Shown here: piece by piece, positions 1-8,599 of the stretch
Layout: each line of letters begins with the position of its first letter
Position numbering within the stretch: the first letter of the stretch is position 1
From: Candidatus Saccharimonadota bacterium
GTDB lineage: Archaea; Micrarchaeota; Micrarchaeia; Micrarchaeales; Micrarchaeaceae
Direction of reading: 5' to 3'
DNA: 32,000 bases
Assembly: GCF_002214165.1 (NCBI RefSeq)
Contig: NZ_CP019964.1
Location: forward strand, 90,001 to 122,000
Notes under the pieces: model-generated
Databases searched by the model: none
Told to the model about the DNA's origin: nothing
The model's input: the letters and a program-made list of their open reading frames with translations, nothing else
Translations under genes and position numbers: made by a program

Positions 1-1278
1 AAGGTCTATAGTGCCTATAAGCCCTATTATTGAAAGTATTATGAACAGCTCCATGAAAGTGGTCAGCAATATTGGTCCGACTAAGAATATCCTCCTGTAC
101 CTTATTGCTATGAATGCGGACAACGATATTATAGCAAGCCCTAACGCAACAAAGCTTATCTCAAACGAATCGGCACCAAGCGTCTGCGGAACTGTTGTTG
201 GTGTGCCAACTATTATGCTGACGGGCAATGCACCTCCGCTCAATATGCTTGCTATTGTCTTTGACTCGTTTGTAGCGTAAGCGGTTTTTGCGGTAAGAGG
301 CAATGTAGTTGGAGCTTCTCCTGAAATCTCGTAATCCTCTGTAACATTCCCGTCTGTTATCTCAGGATTCAACAGTGGCGCGGAGAGAAGCCCTACCAAA
401 GGCCAGGTCTCAAGCACAGTCGTGCTTGCATTTATAATGCTGTAAGCGGGTGTCATGTTCTTCTTGCTTTCCAAGTTTACTGTGTAATTAAGGCTTCTTA
501 TATAGCTTATCAAGGACTTGTTCAAGTTGTAGCTTGCATATACAACCTTGTACCTGCCGATATTGCTCTTGTAGAAGCTTTCGGCTCCAGCTATGCTTGC
601 GTTTGAATTTGACACCGCGATGACAGGTATAGTGCTATTGCCAAGGGTCAAAGCGGTTTTCATAGCTGAGAGTGCGGTTGAACTGGATATCGCATCAGTG
701 GCGTTCCCAAGTATTGATGAATTTATGAGTATTGTCGCATTCAAAGGCCTGTCCAAAAACATGTATAATGGGTAATTCGCATCACCATATACTATTTTCG
801 CAAAACTTGTAGCAGAGGATTGTGTTGTAGAGAATGTGACTGCCCAAGTTACATTTTTCCCGGATATTGCGGGAGGGACCTGCCCTATTGTATCCCTTAT
901 TATATCAGAACCTGAAACAGCCAATCTTCCGTTTACTACTCCATCAAATCTTCCTTGGCTATCCAATATTGAGATAGTCTTGTTTATTGTGCTGTTGTCC
1001 GCTTTTGGCACTGTGACATATATCTCAGAATCCCCCACTCCCTCAACTGTGACTTCGCTAAGCCCAAAGGTTGAAGCCCTCTGGTCAAGCACCGATATGA
1101 GCTCAGACATTGTGGTGCTGTTGACAGGGTGGGCCAACTGCACTGGTATCTGCACTCCTCCCTCAAAGCTTATTCCGAAATGAAGCCCATAATGGATATC
1201 CAATGCGAGCAGGGCTATAGCTATAACTACAAGCACCAGTATACGCTTGTCTGTAAGGTAACCATTTATCTTTGCCAT
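1..1278 (-). CDS. secD: Protein-export membrane protein SecD (start present; 3' end runs off the left edge)
   Basis: Absent from the ORF track because it is open at the window edge. My reverse-strand translation from the ATG (cat at 1276-1278) is open for all 426 codons down to position 1. It reads MAKINGYLTDKRILVLVVIAIALLAL (TM1), then FGISFEGGVQIPV (equivalent of the bacterial SecD GLDLRGG motif), then a long sequon-rich external loop. A TM bundle begins at ...IRYRRIFLVGPILLTTFMELFIILSIIGLIGTIDL at the edge. It overlaps the secF stop by 13 nt. Confidence 0.75.
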   Translation of the reverse strand, partial: MAKINGYLTDKRILVLVVIAIALLALDIHYGLHFGISFEGGVQIPVQLAHPVNSTTMSELISVLDQRASTFGLSEVTVEGVGDSEIYVTVPKADNSTINKTISILDSQGRFDGVVNGRLAVSGSDIIRDTIGQVPPAISGKNVTWAVTFSTTQSSATSFAKIVYGDANYPLYMFLDRPLNATILINSSILGNATDAISSSTALSAMKTALTLGNSTIPVIAVSNSNASIAGAESFYKSNIGRYKVVYASYNLNKSLISYIRSLNYTVNLESKKNMTPAYSIINASTTVLETWPLVGLLSAPLLNPEITDGNVTEDYEISGEAPTTLPLTAKTAYATNESKTIASILSGGALPVSIIVGTPTTVPQTLGADSFEISFVALGLAIISLSAFIAIRYRRIFLVGPILLTTFMELFIILSIIGLIGTIDL

Positions 1279-2429
1279 CTTGAATCCCGTTTATTCTTGT
1301 ACCATAGAACCATTGCAGTGTTCCCAAGCCATGCAGTGAAAATATCTCCTATAAGACCGAACAGCACCACGCCGCTTATCTCTATATATGTAGGGACAAA
1401 AGCGATGTATGATACTATGAATAGTATGCCGAATGTTATTATTGCAGCACCTGTCATTGTGAGCCCGGTCTTCATTGACTGGAATGCCCTCTCCTCGTTG
1501 GTCCCGTCTGTCCTCTTAAGAACCCTTACCGATGATAATACCTCCGTATCTATAGCATACCCTATAAGCATCAAAAGCCCTCCTACGGATGCAACTCCGA
1601 GCTCTATGTGGAACAATCCCATTGCCCCTAAAGCTATTATCATGTCATTCGCTGCGCCGAACACTATTGCAAATGATGGTATGGGTGTCCTAAATATTAT
1701 AAATACAACGATTGCTACTATTATAAAAGCGGCTATTATAATATCTATAACTTTGCTTAAGAAGTATGCACCTAAAGTTGGGGTTACACTGTCGTAAGAA
1801 TAAGTCGAAAAAGGTATGACCGACCTTATTTTTGCTATCAATCCGGACTGATAAGCGGATGATGCATTGCTGTCGGCGTTCCTTCCAATGTCTATCATTG
1901 ATGTGGCATTGGTTGAGTTGAATATATAACTGCTAGGGGTTATGAAAGGCGAGAAGTAATGCAGTTCCAGATCAAGGGTGCTGTCCATGCTGGAAATGGT
2001 AGAAGACAATTTACCCGTATAATTCACAAGCTGGTTTTCATCTGTGACATTACCGGGACTTGCGGTAAGGTTTCCTCTTATTATTGCTATGTCCGCACTA
2101 TAGCTTGAGTAGTTCGAGTATAAGGATGTCAGGTTCAGCAATTCGGCTTGGCCTGAAGTTATGCTTTTATTAGGGAGGGCTATCAACGATATATGGTTTA
2201 ACCCACCGATTTTAGAGACTGTTACAGTTGTTCCTGGTATAAGAGCGTCTATTGAGCTGGTCAAAGATTTTACATTTATGGAGTTTGCAGTGGAAAATTG
2301 CACGGTGGTTCCTCCGGTTAAAGACGTATCTAATATTATCTTTGGTATAAAAAACAGGCTTATGAGGAGCAATATCAATGGAACTATAATGTAAAGTTTG
2401 TAATTTTTATACGTATATATGTTGAACAT
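1266..2429 (-). CDS. secF: Protein-export membrane protein SecF
   Basis: 387 aa with an N-terminal TM. LDTSLTGGTTVQF matches the SecF DFTGGT motif. A large external loop is followed by a C-terminal multi-TM bundle with the SecD/F-type segment LMLIGYAIDTEVLSSVRVLK. The archaeal secF-secD order and the 13-nt overlap with secD support the call. Confidence 0.75.
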   Translation of the reverse strand: MFNIYTYKNYKLYIIVPLILLLISLFFIPKIILDTSLTGGTTVQFSTANSINVKSLTSSIDALIPGTTVTVSKIGGLNHISLIALPNKSITSGQAELLNLTSLYSNYSSYSADIAIIRGNLTASPGNVTDENQLVNYTGKLSSTISSMDSTLDLELHYFSPFITPSSYIFNSTNATSMIDIGRNADSNASSAYQSGLIAKIRSVIPFSTYSYDSVTPTLGAYFLSKVIDIIIAAFIIVAIVVFIIFRTPIPSFAIVFGAANDMIIALGAMGLFHIELGVASVGGLLMLIGYAIDTEVLSSVRVLKRTDGTNEERAFQSMKTGLTMTGAAIITFGILFIVSYIAFVPTYIEISGVVLFGLIGDIFTAWLGNTAMVLWYKNKRDSRWQR

Positions 2430-2599
2430 GTGATCTTTCCTAAAAAATGCAAATTAATGCTTAATCGGTATTAATTAAATAAAACTCTGTCACTTCCCTT
2501 TAGAATATAATTAATAAGAAAATTGTAATAAAAAGGTATATATAACTATACCAATTCTGCCTGCCGCAAATCGTTAATCTTAATATTCAGTGCAAGTTT

Positions 2600-2878
2600 T
2601 CATCCATACGTTTTCATAAGCTTATGGTGAAGCGCCCCAGCCAATCCATATATCATTAGGAACACAGCAAACAGCATCATCATAAATCCGAAGTATACAT
2701 TGGTCTGTATTATCCCATTGGTATAAACAAGTATAGCTCCGGCAACAAATATGAAAACCCCCCAAAAGACCGATTTGAACGCTTCCCACCTTGAATGCTT
2801 TTCCAGATAATGCAGCCTCCTGCTATACTCCCTTGCAGGATCAATCTCCACAATTATACGTTTTTCCTTTTCCACCAT
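2600..2878 (-). CDS. Small membrane protein (2 predicted TM helices), function unknown
   Basis: 92-aa ORF with a charged N-terminus and two hydrophobic helices (FWGVFIFVAGAILVY, VYFGFMMMLFAVFLMIYGLAGAL). I recognise no family. Confidence 0.45.
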   Translation of the reverse strand: MVEKEKRIIVEIDPAREYSRRLHYLEKHSRWEAFKSVFWGVFIFVAGAILVYTNGIIQTNVYFGFMMMLFAVFLMIYGLAGALHHKLMKTYG

Positions 2879-2986
2879 TGTATCACAATGCTAATTTGAA
2901 ATTCAGCCAACCTTATACATATATCCAATTAAGCCCCTTAAGCTTAAGCAAACTCCTTTCAATCTCAAGATTAGTTATAAAGGTAT

Positions 2987-3784
2987 TTATAAATTTGTTT
3001 TATGCCGCCCATCATTCACATTTATACCTACCATATGCTCGTAAGCGCTTGTTATATAGCTTTTAATTTCAACACTATTTATTGTGCTATTGCTCCTTTT
3101 AAGCTTGCTTTCGAGCTCGACTAGAATTTGTCTCTTTGTTAGCTTTTTTGAGAACAAAAGTATCTGGTTCGCAGAGCTTTTCATGTAAATCATGTAGATA
3201 TTGTATCTCTTCGAGGATTCGAGCTTCAATATCTTTGAATTCTCCTCTATAGGTATGTAATTGATCGCCAATATTCCATTTTCGCTCATCTTGTCGTAGG
3301 CATCTGATAGAAACTGTTCAGTAAGGAATACAGCGGGCATATTGTAATTGTTATAAGCATCAAGTATTACTATGTCATAGGTATTTGTTGTGTTGTGCAG
3401 GAATTCAGCGCCATCCTCAAGCGTAACCTTCGCCTTTATCTGATTGTCAAGCATCCTGTTCTCTGCGGTTATCATGTCTTTGTCTATGTCCACCGCTTCT
3501 ATATCTGGATTTCGGAAAACCTTGTAATACTGGTATAAAACAGTGCCGCCCCCCAACCCTATCATCAGTGATTTTGGATTGTCGTAAAGGAGGGGAAGCA
3601 GTATGAAAAAGTCCCAATAACCGTCAACGAATACCGAATTCTCGCGTATCCTTGAGAACGGCACATCGTCTACCAGAAGGACGATATCGGTATACCTCCT
3701 CACAATCCTTATTCTCCGGCCGCCATTGTGGCTGTATATGACTTCTCCAAAAAGGCTGCTCCTTATATCGTCTAAAATTCCCAT
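2987..3784 (-). CDS. Spermidine synthase-like (PABS/class I SAM-MTase fold) protein
   Basis: MIGLGGGTVLYQYY...IEAVDIDKDMI...YDIVILDAYNNYNMPAVFLTEQF...ENGILAINYI matches the spermidine-synthase fold layout (G-rich loop, acidic beta2 end, D-A/D-x motif). I trimmed the start to the ATG at 3784 (MGILDD...). The track start at 3835 would overlap carS. Confidence 0.6.
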   Translation of the reverse strand: MGILDDIRSSLFGEVIYSHNGGRRIRIVRRYTDIVLLVDDVPFSRIRENSVFVDGYWDFFILLPLLYDNPKSLMIGLGGGTVLYQYYKVFRNPDIEAVDIDKDMITAENRMLDNQIKAKVTLEDGAEFLHNTTNTYDIVILDAYNNYNMPAVFLTEQFLSDAYDKMSENGILAINYIPIEENSKILKLESSKRYNIYMIYMKSSANQILLFSKKLTKRQILVELESKLKRSNSTINSVEIKSYITSAYEHMVGINVNDGRHKTNL

Positions 3785-3794
3785 AATCCTATCA

Positions 3795-4292
3795 TCACCA
3801 AGGAACTTCCTTGAGTTTAAGCAGATATGCGCCAAGGTTGGTCAAAGGGTGCATTACCCCTGTAAGTATTACCAAGAAGATAATTCCATATATATCCGGA
3901 AGATGGCCCAAGGGAAGTGCAACAAGTAATGCAAGCACAAAGAAACCATATTGGTCAAGGATCGGGGCGCTTTTGCCTGGCTTGAATGCAATCTGCCTCT
4001 TCAGGAAGCTGCCCAGAAGATCTCCTATATTCGCACCAACTGCAAGAAGTATGGCAATCCCAAGCATATAATGCAGGAACGGATACTCTAACAGCCCTAT
4101 TATTATTCCTGCAATAAGGCTTGACACCGTTCCTCTTATTGTCTTGTGGTTGCCAAATATACGTTTTCCATTTATTTTCCTGTCGAAATCCAGGGGCTTC
4201 CCGCCTCCGAATAATACTGGGGCCCCATTGGCCACATACGCAGGCAGTATATAAATTATAGGGTACAAAATAATATCTACAAGATAGTTCAT
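3795..4292 (-). CDS. carS: CDP-archaeol synthase (CarS, DUF46 family)
   Basis: YILPAYVANGAPVLFGGGKPLDFDRKINGKRIFGNHKTIRGT is the characteristic CarS N-terminal signature, and the protein is a multi-TM protein. I trimmed the start to the ATG at 4292, 4 nt after the alaS stop. The track start at 4313 is a TTG inside alaS. Confidence 0.8.
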   Translation of the reverse strand: MNYLVDIILYPIIYILPAYVANGAPVLFGGGKPLDFDRKINGKRIFGNHKTIRGTVSSLIAGIIIGLLEYPFLHYMLGIAILLAVGANIGDLLGSFLKRQIAFKPGKSAPILDQYGFFVLALLVALPLGHLPDIYGIIFLVILTGVMHPLTNLGAYLLKLKEVPW

Positions 4293-4296
4293 GAAA

Positions 4297-6975
4297 TCAT
4301 TTCTTGTGCGCAAACAGTTTGCCCTCCGCTATATGGGCTGATCCTCCTCCATGGAAATCAAAGGAATTGCTGCTAGCATAGCTCTTTAGGTATTCTAAGG
4401 CATCTGCTCCTGAATCCTCTCCTGCACAGGCTATGACTTCATATTCCTTGTTGTATAAAACAACCATTTTCTCTTTGGACCTATTGGTTACATCAAGAAC
4501 TATTGCCCTAAGCATCTCCTTCCTATAATCCGTGAATTCCTTTATCAAAACCAAATCCTTTTCCTTCGCAAGCTTCTCGGATTCAGCCAATATCAACTTG
4601 CCCTCAAGCTCTTTTGAATATTTTGCAACTGCCTCCAACTCAGCAATCTTTGACGATATCCCTGTTTCCAGCTTGTCAGAATCAATATTTGTCATCTTCG
4701 AAACATTCTTTATCTTGTTCTCAATAGACCTTACGTAATCAAGCGATGCGGGCCCTGCCGTGAACTCAATCCGGTCAACGCCATCATGTATGCGCGATGT
4801 CGATATAATCTTTATCAGACCTATTAGGGATTCCCTGTTTATCAAGTGCAGGCCCCCGCAAGCTTCGGCATCTATAAGGTTTCCATTTAGGTCGTCAACC
4901 TCTATTATTCTGAGCCTGCTTGAAGGCACTCCATGGCCCTGGTAGATAGAGAAACCGAATTTGGATTCAGCATCACCACGGTTCATATCATGAAGGCTGA
5001 CCTTAATTCCATGGAATATATATGAATTAGCTTTCATCTCTATCTCGCTTATCTCTTTGTCATCCAGCTTCTCGAAATGTGCGATGTCTATATGCGCCTT
5101 TTCCTCACCTTTGTGTGCCCCTTCCTGCCATGCATGCTTGCCCAGAACATCCCTTGCAGCCGCGCTTATCAGGTGTGTGGCAGTATGGTGTGCCATAAGC
5201 CTTATCCTCCTGTCCATGTCAACTACGCACCTCACAAAGTCGCCTTGCTTGAACGACGGAGGGCTCTCCAATCTATGGACTATTACGCCAAGATCAGATT
5301 GTACATCGACCACTCTTATTCCATTCATGGTTCCGTGGTCCGCCTCCTGCCCCCCGCCTTCGGCATAGAAAGGTGTCCTGTCGAGCACTACATAGTTGCC
5401 CGATACCCTAAGCACTTTCGAGTCGGACATGTTGTCGAAATCATAAAAAAGCTTAATGGTGTTTGGGAGCCCATCGGTATCGATTGACACCTTCTTCACC
5501 TTTTTCTCCTTTTCTACAAAATCCCCTTTTATTATGCTCTCGTAATAATTGTCGGGCACGCTTATAAAGTGGCCCATTCTTCTGCTGTATGACTCTATGA
5601 ACTCTGGAGTTATGCCTTCGCTTTCATATAAGACCTTTATCCTTCCCCTATCAAGCTCCTCGTTTTTGTCAATGATCCCTTTGATTATCCTTTCAGATTT
5701 AGATTTCATCTGGTCATATCTTTTCCTTTCAATATCCACTATCTTTGATATGACATCCAGGCTGTCCTCAAGCCCATTATACAGCCCTTCAAGGTCCTCG
5801 CAGTGCATCCTGAACAGGTCCATCAGATCGAACTTGAATCCGTACCTGTCCATGAAATCGAAGACCCTGCGCAGTATTATCCTGAGGTTGTATCCCCCGC
5901 TAACGTTGCTTGGGAGCGCTCCATCATGTATCGCAAACAGCAGTGTCCTGGTATGGTCGACGATAGCATACAGTGCCTGTGCAGGCTTTATCTCTTCCAA
6001 GTATTCCTTTTCATCTATCCCATTCCTTTTTATTATTTCAAGCTCTTTCTTCTGCCCCTCCTTGTCCTCTCCAATATCTATCAGTCCGGATATCCCTGCG
6101 ACCTTGGCATAGGTCTCCCTGTTTGGGTGGAATCCGGTTTTTTCGTACAAATACTCTAATTCCCTATGGAATACCGCATCGTAAAGTGTATAGTTACCAG
6201 ATGCGAACCATAGCAGCCTCTCAAATCCCCAGCCGACATCAACCACTTTGCCTTTTAGCTCGGATACCTTGCCTTCAGAATAGGAAAACTGGGTGAATAC
6301 ATTGTTCACAAGCTCAAGCCCATTTGCGAAAGCCTCAAGGTCTGGTCCGAATTCCGAGAAGTCACCCATTGCCCATACATCCTCTATATATGTCAGTTTC
6401 TTTTTGTCCACGCCAAGCACTTCAGTAAGGAACTTGTAATTAAGCTCAATGGTCCTGTCTATCCAATATCCTTCGGACGGATAATTGAATGCATGCTGCC
6501 CCGCCATCATAAATGAGGTGAGGTGCCTTCCGGTCACACCCACGTTTGGTATATCATTGAACCTAAGGCATATTTGAGGCACTATCAACGGATTTGAAGG
6601 ATACTCAAATCCCATCTTATTCCCTTCTATCCTTTGGAAATCCTGTATGCTCGCTATCGTGAAGTAAAGATCCGGCCTCCACCTGCTCACAACGGGGTAT
6701 TTTTCTATTTCCACATGCCCGTTCTCCTTGAAGAACTCCGCAAACTTATTCCAGAAGTCAACATATCCTATCTTTTTAGGAGAATCCTTGAAGAAAGAAT
6801 AAGGCTCGTGCTCCGAATCACCGCAAAGCTCCCGGGATTTGTCAAGAGTCCAGAAATATTTTCCACATTCCCTGCATTTCTTTCTTACAAATCCCTTTTC
6901 CTCGAATAATTTCGTTGAATAATATTTTTGGTAATCTTTGGAAAATTCCTCCCTTAAGCTATTCTTGTTCAGCAT
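4297..6975 (-). CDS. alaS: Alanine--tRNA ligase (archaeal type)
   Basis: Length is about 892 aa from the ATG at 6973-6975. It has the archaeal N-terminal Zn-ribbon KKCRECGKYFW...LCGD, a class II core, the editing-domain motifs HHTATHLI and EACGGLHL, and a C-terminal DHHA1-like GGGSAHIAEG. The track start at 7080 overlaps the upstream gene by about 100 nt and was rejected. Confidence 0.95.
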   Translation of the reverse strand: MLNKNSLREEFSKDYQKYYSTKLFEEKGFVRKKCRECGKYFWTLDKSRELCGDSEHEPYSFFKDSPKKIGYVDFWNKFAEFFKENGHVEIEKYPVVSRWRPDLYFTIASIQDFQRIEGNKMGFEYPSNPLIVPQICLRFNDIPNVGVTGRHLTSFMMAGQHAFNYPSEGYWIDRTIELNYKFLTEVLGVDKKKLTYIEDVWAMGDFSEFGPDLEAFANGLELVNNVFTQFSYSEGKVSELKGKVVDVGWGFERLLWFASGNYTLYDAVFHRELEYLYEKTGFHPNRETYAKVAGISGLIDIGEDKEGQKKELEIIKRNGIDEKEYLEEIKPAQALYAIVDHTRTLLFAIHDGALPSNVSGGYNLRIILRRVFDFMDRYGFKFDLMDLFRMHCEDLEGLYNGLEDSLDVISKIVDIERKRYDQMKSKSERIIKGIIDKNEELDRGRIKVLYESEGITPEFIESYSRRMGHFISVPDNYYESIIKGDFVEKEKKVKKVSIDTDGLPNTIKLFYDFDNMSDSKVLRVSGNYVVLDRTPFYAEGGGQEADHGTMNGIRVVDVQSDLGVIVHRLESPPSFKQGDFVRCVVDMDRRIRLMAHHTATHLISAAARDVLGKHAWQEGAHKGEEKAHIDIAHFEKLDDKEISEIEMKANSYIFHGIKVSLHDMNRGDAESKFGFSIYQGHGVPSSRLRIIEVDDLNGNLIDAEACGGLHLINRESLIGLIKIISTSRIHDGVDRIEFTAGPASLDYVRSIENKIKNVSKMTNIDSDKLETGISSKIAELEAVAKYSKELEGKLILAESEKLAKEKDLVLIKEFTDYRKEMLRAIVLDVTNRSKEKMVVLYNKEYEVIACAGEDSGADALEYLKSYASSNSFDFHGGGSAHIAEGKLFAHKK

Positions 6976-6976
6976 C

Positions 6977-7849
6977 TCATTCACCCAATTTTCTCTGCGG
7001 CCACCAGACTTTGCAGTCATTTCCGAAAAACATGCAGTGGTTGCACTTCCATTTCTCTTCATAAGGGACGGGAAGCGCATCTCTCTCTCCCTTCCAATAC
7101 CTCAAAGAGAATTCCAGCATCTTCGATATCTCACTGCTGCTGTACTGGAACTTCAATACCTTTATCTCTTCCTTTGTAAATTGGTTTATGTACCTTAGGT
7201 AAAGGCTGCTTCCTGTATTGACCTTTCTGTAAAGCTCAAATACCTTATTCGATACGTAATCGAAAGATTTCTGCTCATCATCCAAACCTATATCGGAAAG
7301 CTGCTTGACGAAATCATCGGTAAGCCTAAGCCTGCCTATTCCATAGGTATTTTTAAAATCATCAAAAGTATAGGATCCATTGGAGATGTCATCAAACATC
7401 TTTTTATATGTCATAACCTGGACCTTATGCGTGATCAATTCAGCTTCTCCAGGGACTCTGTCAGAAGACCTTGTCTTGTCCTCTATTATTACCGCTTGCC
7501 CTTTGAGAATCCTTATTTCGTCTATCTTGCCAACCAACCTAAACCCGTTCAAAGATCCATAGATCTGTATCTCCCTTGCCCTGTCAGTTTTACCAAGAGA
7601 TTCCAATGACTTATAAGTAGTATATAAGGTTTTGAACAGAGAATCTCCATAGCTTTTAGGGTTCAATTCTATAGGAACGTTTACTTCATTTTCCATCATT
7701 TCATGTATTGCCTTGCCCTTCTTGATCTCTGCTGTCGCCTTCTTGGCCCTGCTTAGCTTATAGAGTTCCATCTGCTTCTCGCACCAGTATTGGGATGCTA
7801 TGTCCGTTGCAGTTACGCTGCTCTTATGCAGTCTCTCTAAAGCATTCAA
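6977..7849 (-). CDS. Exo5/Cas4-family PD-(D/E)xK nuclease with 4-Cys (Fe-S) cluster, orphan
   Basis: SVTATDIASQYWCEKQ (Exo5-type N-terminal motif with the first Cys), GKIDEI...AVIIEDKTRS (D...ExK core), KVQVMTYKKM (QxxxY) and C-terminal CNHCMFFGNDC (three further Cys). The only in-frame start upstream of the first Cys is the TTG at 7847-7849. Confidence 0.7.
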   Translation of the reverse strand: MNALERLHKSSVTATDIASQYWCEKQMELYKLSRAKKATAEIKKGKAIHEMMENEVNVPIELNPKSYGDSLFKTLYTTYKSLESLGKTDRAREIQIYGSLNGFRLVGKIDEIRILKGQAVIIEDKTRSSDRVPGEAELITHKVQVMTYKKMFDDISNGSYTFDDFKNTYGIGRLRLTDDFVKQLSDIGLDDEQKSFDYVSNKVFELYRKVNTGSSLYLRYINQFTKEEIKVLKFQYSSSEISKMLEFSLRYWKGERDALPVPYEEKWKCNHCMFFGNDCKVWWPQRKLGE

Positions 7850-7918
7850 TTCAATCAGCCTGCCTACTTGTCTTCATAGCGAAATTCGCTCAGCGATCAT
7901 CTCACTCATCATTTAGGA
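7850..7918 (-). ncRNA. C/D-box sRNA (2'-O-methylation guide), candidate
   Basis: The minus strand reads ccuaa-AUGAUGA(C, 7912-7906)-gugagaugaucg(12 nt)-CUGA(D', 7893-7890)-gcgaauuucgcu(12 nt, self-complementary gcg/cgc)-AUGAAGA(C', 7877-7871)-caaguaggcagg(12 nt)-CUGA(D, 7858-7855)-uugaa. Box order is canonical and both guide spacers are exactly 12 nt, as is typical of archaeal sRNAs. Confidence 0.7.
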
Positions 7919-7966
7919 TAATATCAAAATCAATGCTTTTATACTTTATTATTCTATTTTACTTAT

Positions 7967-8596
7967 ATGGCTAATAAAAAGAACCAGCCAAAAGGCAATG
8001 ATGTACTTGACGATGTAGATGTTTCAGGAGTGGTGAATAGCCCGTATGAGGGGAATTCTGCAATAAAAAACAATGTTAAACCCCCAAATTACACGCCTCC
8101 ACCTTCACCTAGTTCATTGTCAAACGTATACGAACAGAAATCCTACGAAACAGATTTCACAGAAGAAGGAGAGATAAGCGGACCTCTGACATTGTGGATT
8201 GGGGCGATGGTAGTAGGTATTGTTCTTATAATAGCTTCAACATTAAGCATATTCGGGCCCGTACAGTCAATAATGTATAAAATAGGATACTATATAATTT
8301 ACCTTCCGGGCACCTTTATATTCCCACTAATAGTTGGTGCATGGCTTGGCAACAAGACAGCTAGGCCCAATATGCTGAAATCTATAAAGGCATCTTTGAT
8401 AAACTCAATATACGCTTCAATAATATACTCAATAGCTGTGCTCATAATATACCTTATACTGTACTATACCTCAAACCTTCTTTCTAAGATAACTGTGAGC
8501 AACTTTAGCACAATGATCATTGGAATTCCTATACTGATAGTTATAATCGTAGGTGCTGTAATCAACTTCCTAAGGTCCGCACGCCACCATATATGA
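7967..8596 (+). CDS. Membrane protein with Pro-rich disordered N-terminus, function unknown
   Basis: 209 aa. The N-terminal ~70 residues are low-complexity (PPNYTPPPSPSS), followed by about 4 hydrophobic helices. No family recognised. Confidence 0.5.
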   Translation: MANKKNQPKGNDVLDDVDVSGVVNSPYEGNSAIKNNVKPPNYTPPPSPSSLSNVYEQKSYETDFTEEGEISGPLTLWIGAMVVGIVLIIASTLSIFGPVQSIMYKIGYYIIYLPGTFIFPLIVGAWLGNKTARPNMLKSIKASLINSIYASIIYSIAVLIIYLILYYTSNLLSKITVSNFSTMIIGIPILIVIIVGAVINFLRSARHHI

Positions 8597-8599
8597 ATT

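Noticed and set aside
11-1797. Plus-strand ORFs 11-280, 593-775, 836-1183 and 1129-1797 from the ORF track
   Set aside because: They lie antisense to the continuous secD/secF reading frames, which have clear family motifs. The plus-strand ORFs show odd composition and no recognisable motifs, so they are shadow ORFs.
2430-2599. 170-nt AT-rich spacer upstream of secF as a possible mobile-element scar or ncRNA
   Set aside because: It has no repeats, ORF fragments or stable stems. It is consistent with an ordinary archaeal promoter region.
6976-7080. N-terminal extensions in the ORF track: alaS to 7080, carS to 4313, the SpeE-like gene to 3835, the hypothetical gene to 10305, the pilin-like gene to 21580, and the NifX-like gene to 29554
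   Set aside because: Each extension uses a TTG/GTG or distant start. Each also overlaps the upstream gene, the IS remnant or the tRNA-Gly. In-frame ATG or SD-associated starts exist that give typical family N-termini and 4-10-nt intergenic gaps.
4532-7198. Cluster of plus-strand ORFs (4532-4738, 5057-5487, 5549-6296, 6634-6909, 6938-7198) inside the alaS region
   Set aside because: All are antisense to an unambiguous alanyl-tRNA synthetase. Their Ser/Cys/Leu/Pro-rich, low-complexity translations are typical of antisense frames in AT-rich genomes.
6977-7849. Cas4-like nuclease as an indicator of a CRISPR-Cas locus
   Set aside because: No direct-repeat/spacer array and no other cas genes occur anywhere in the 32 kb. 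The neighbours are alaS and a C/D sRNA, and the N-terminal motif looks Exo5-like. I treated it as a stand-alone nuclease.
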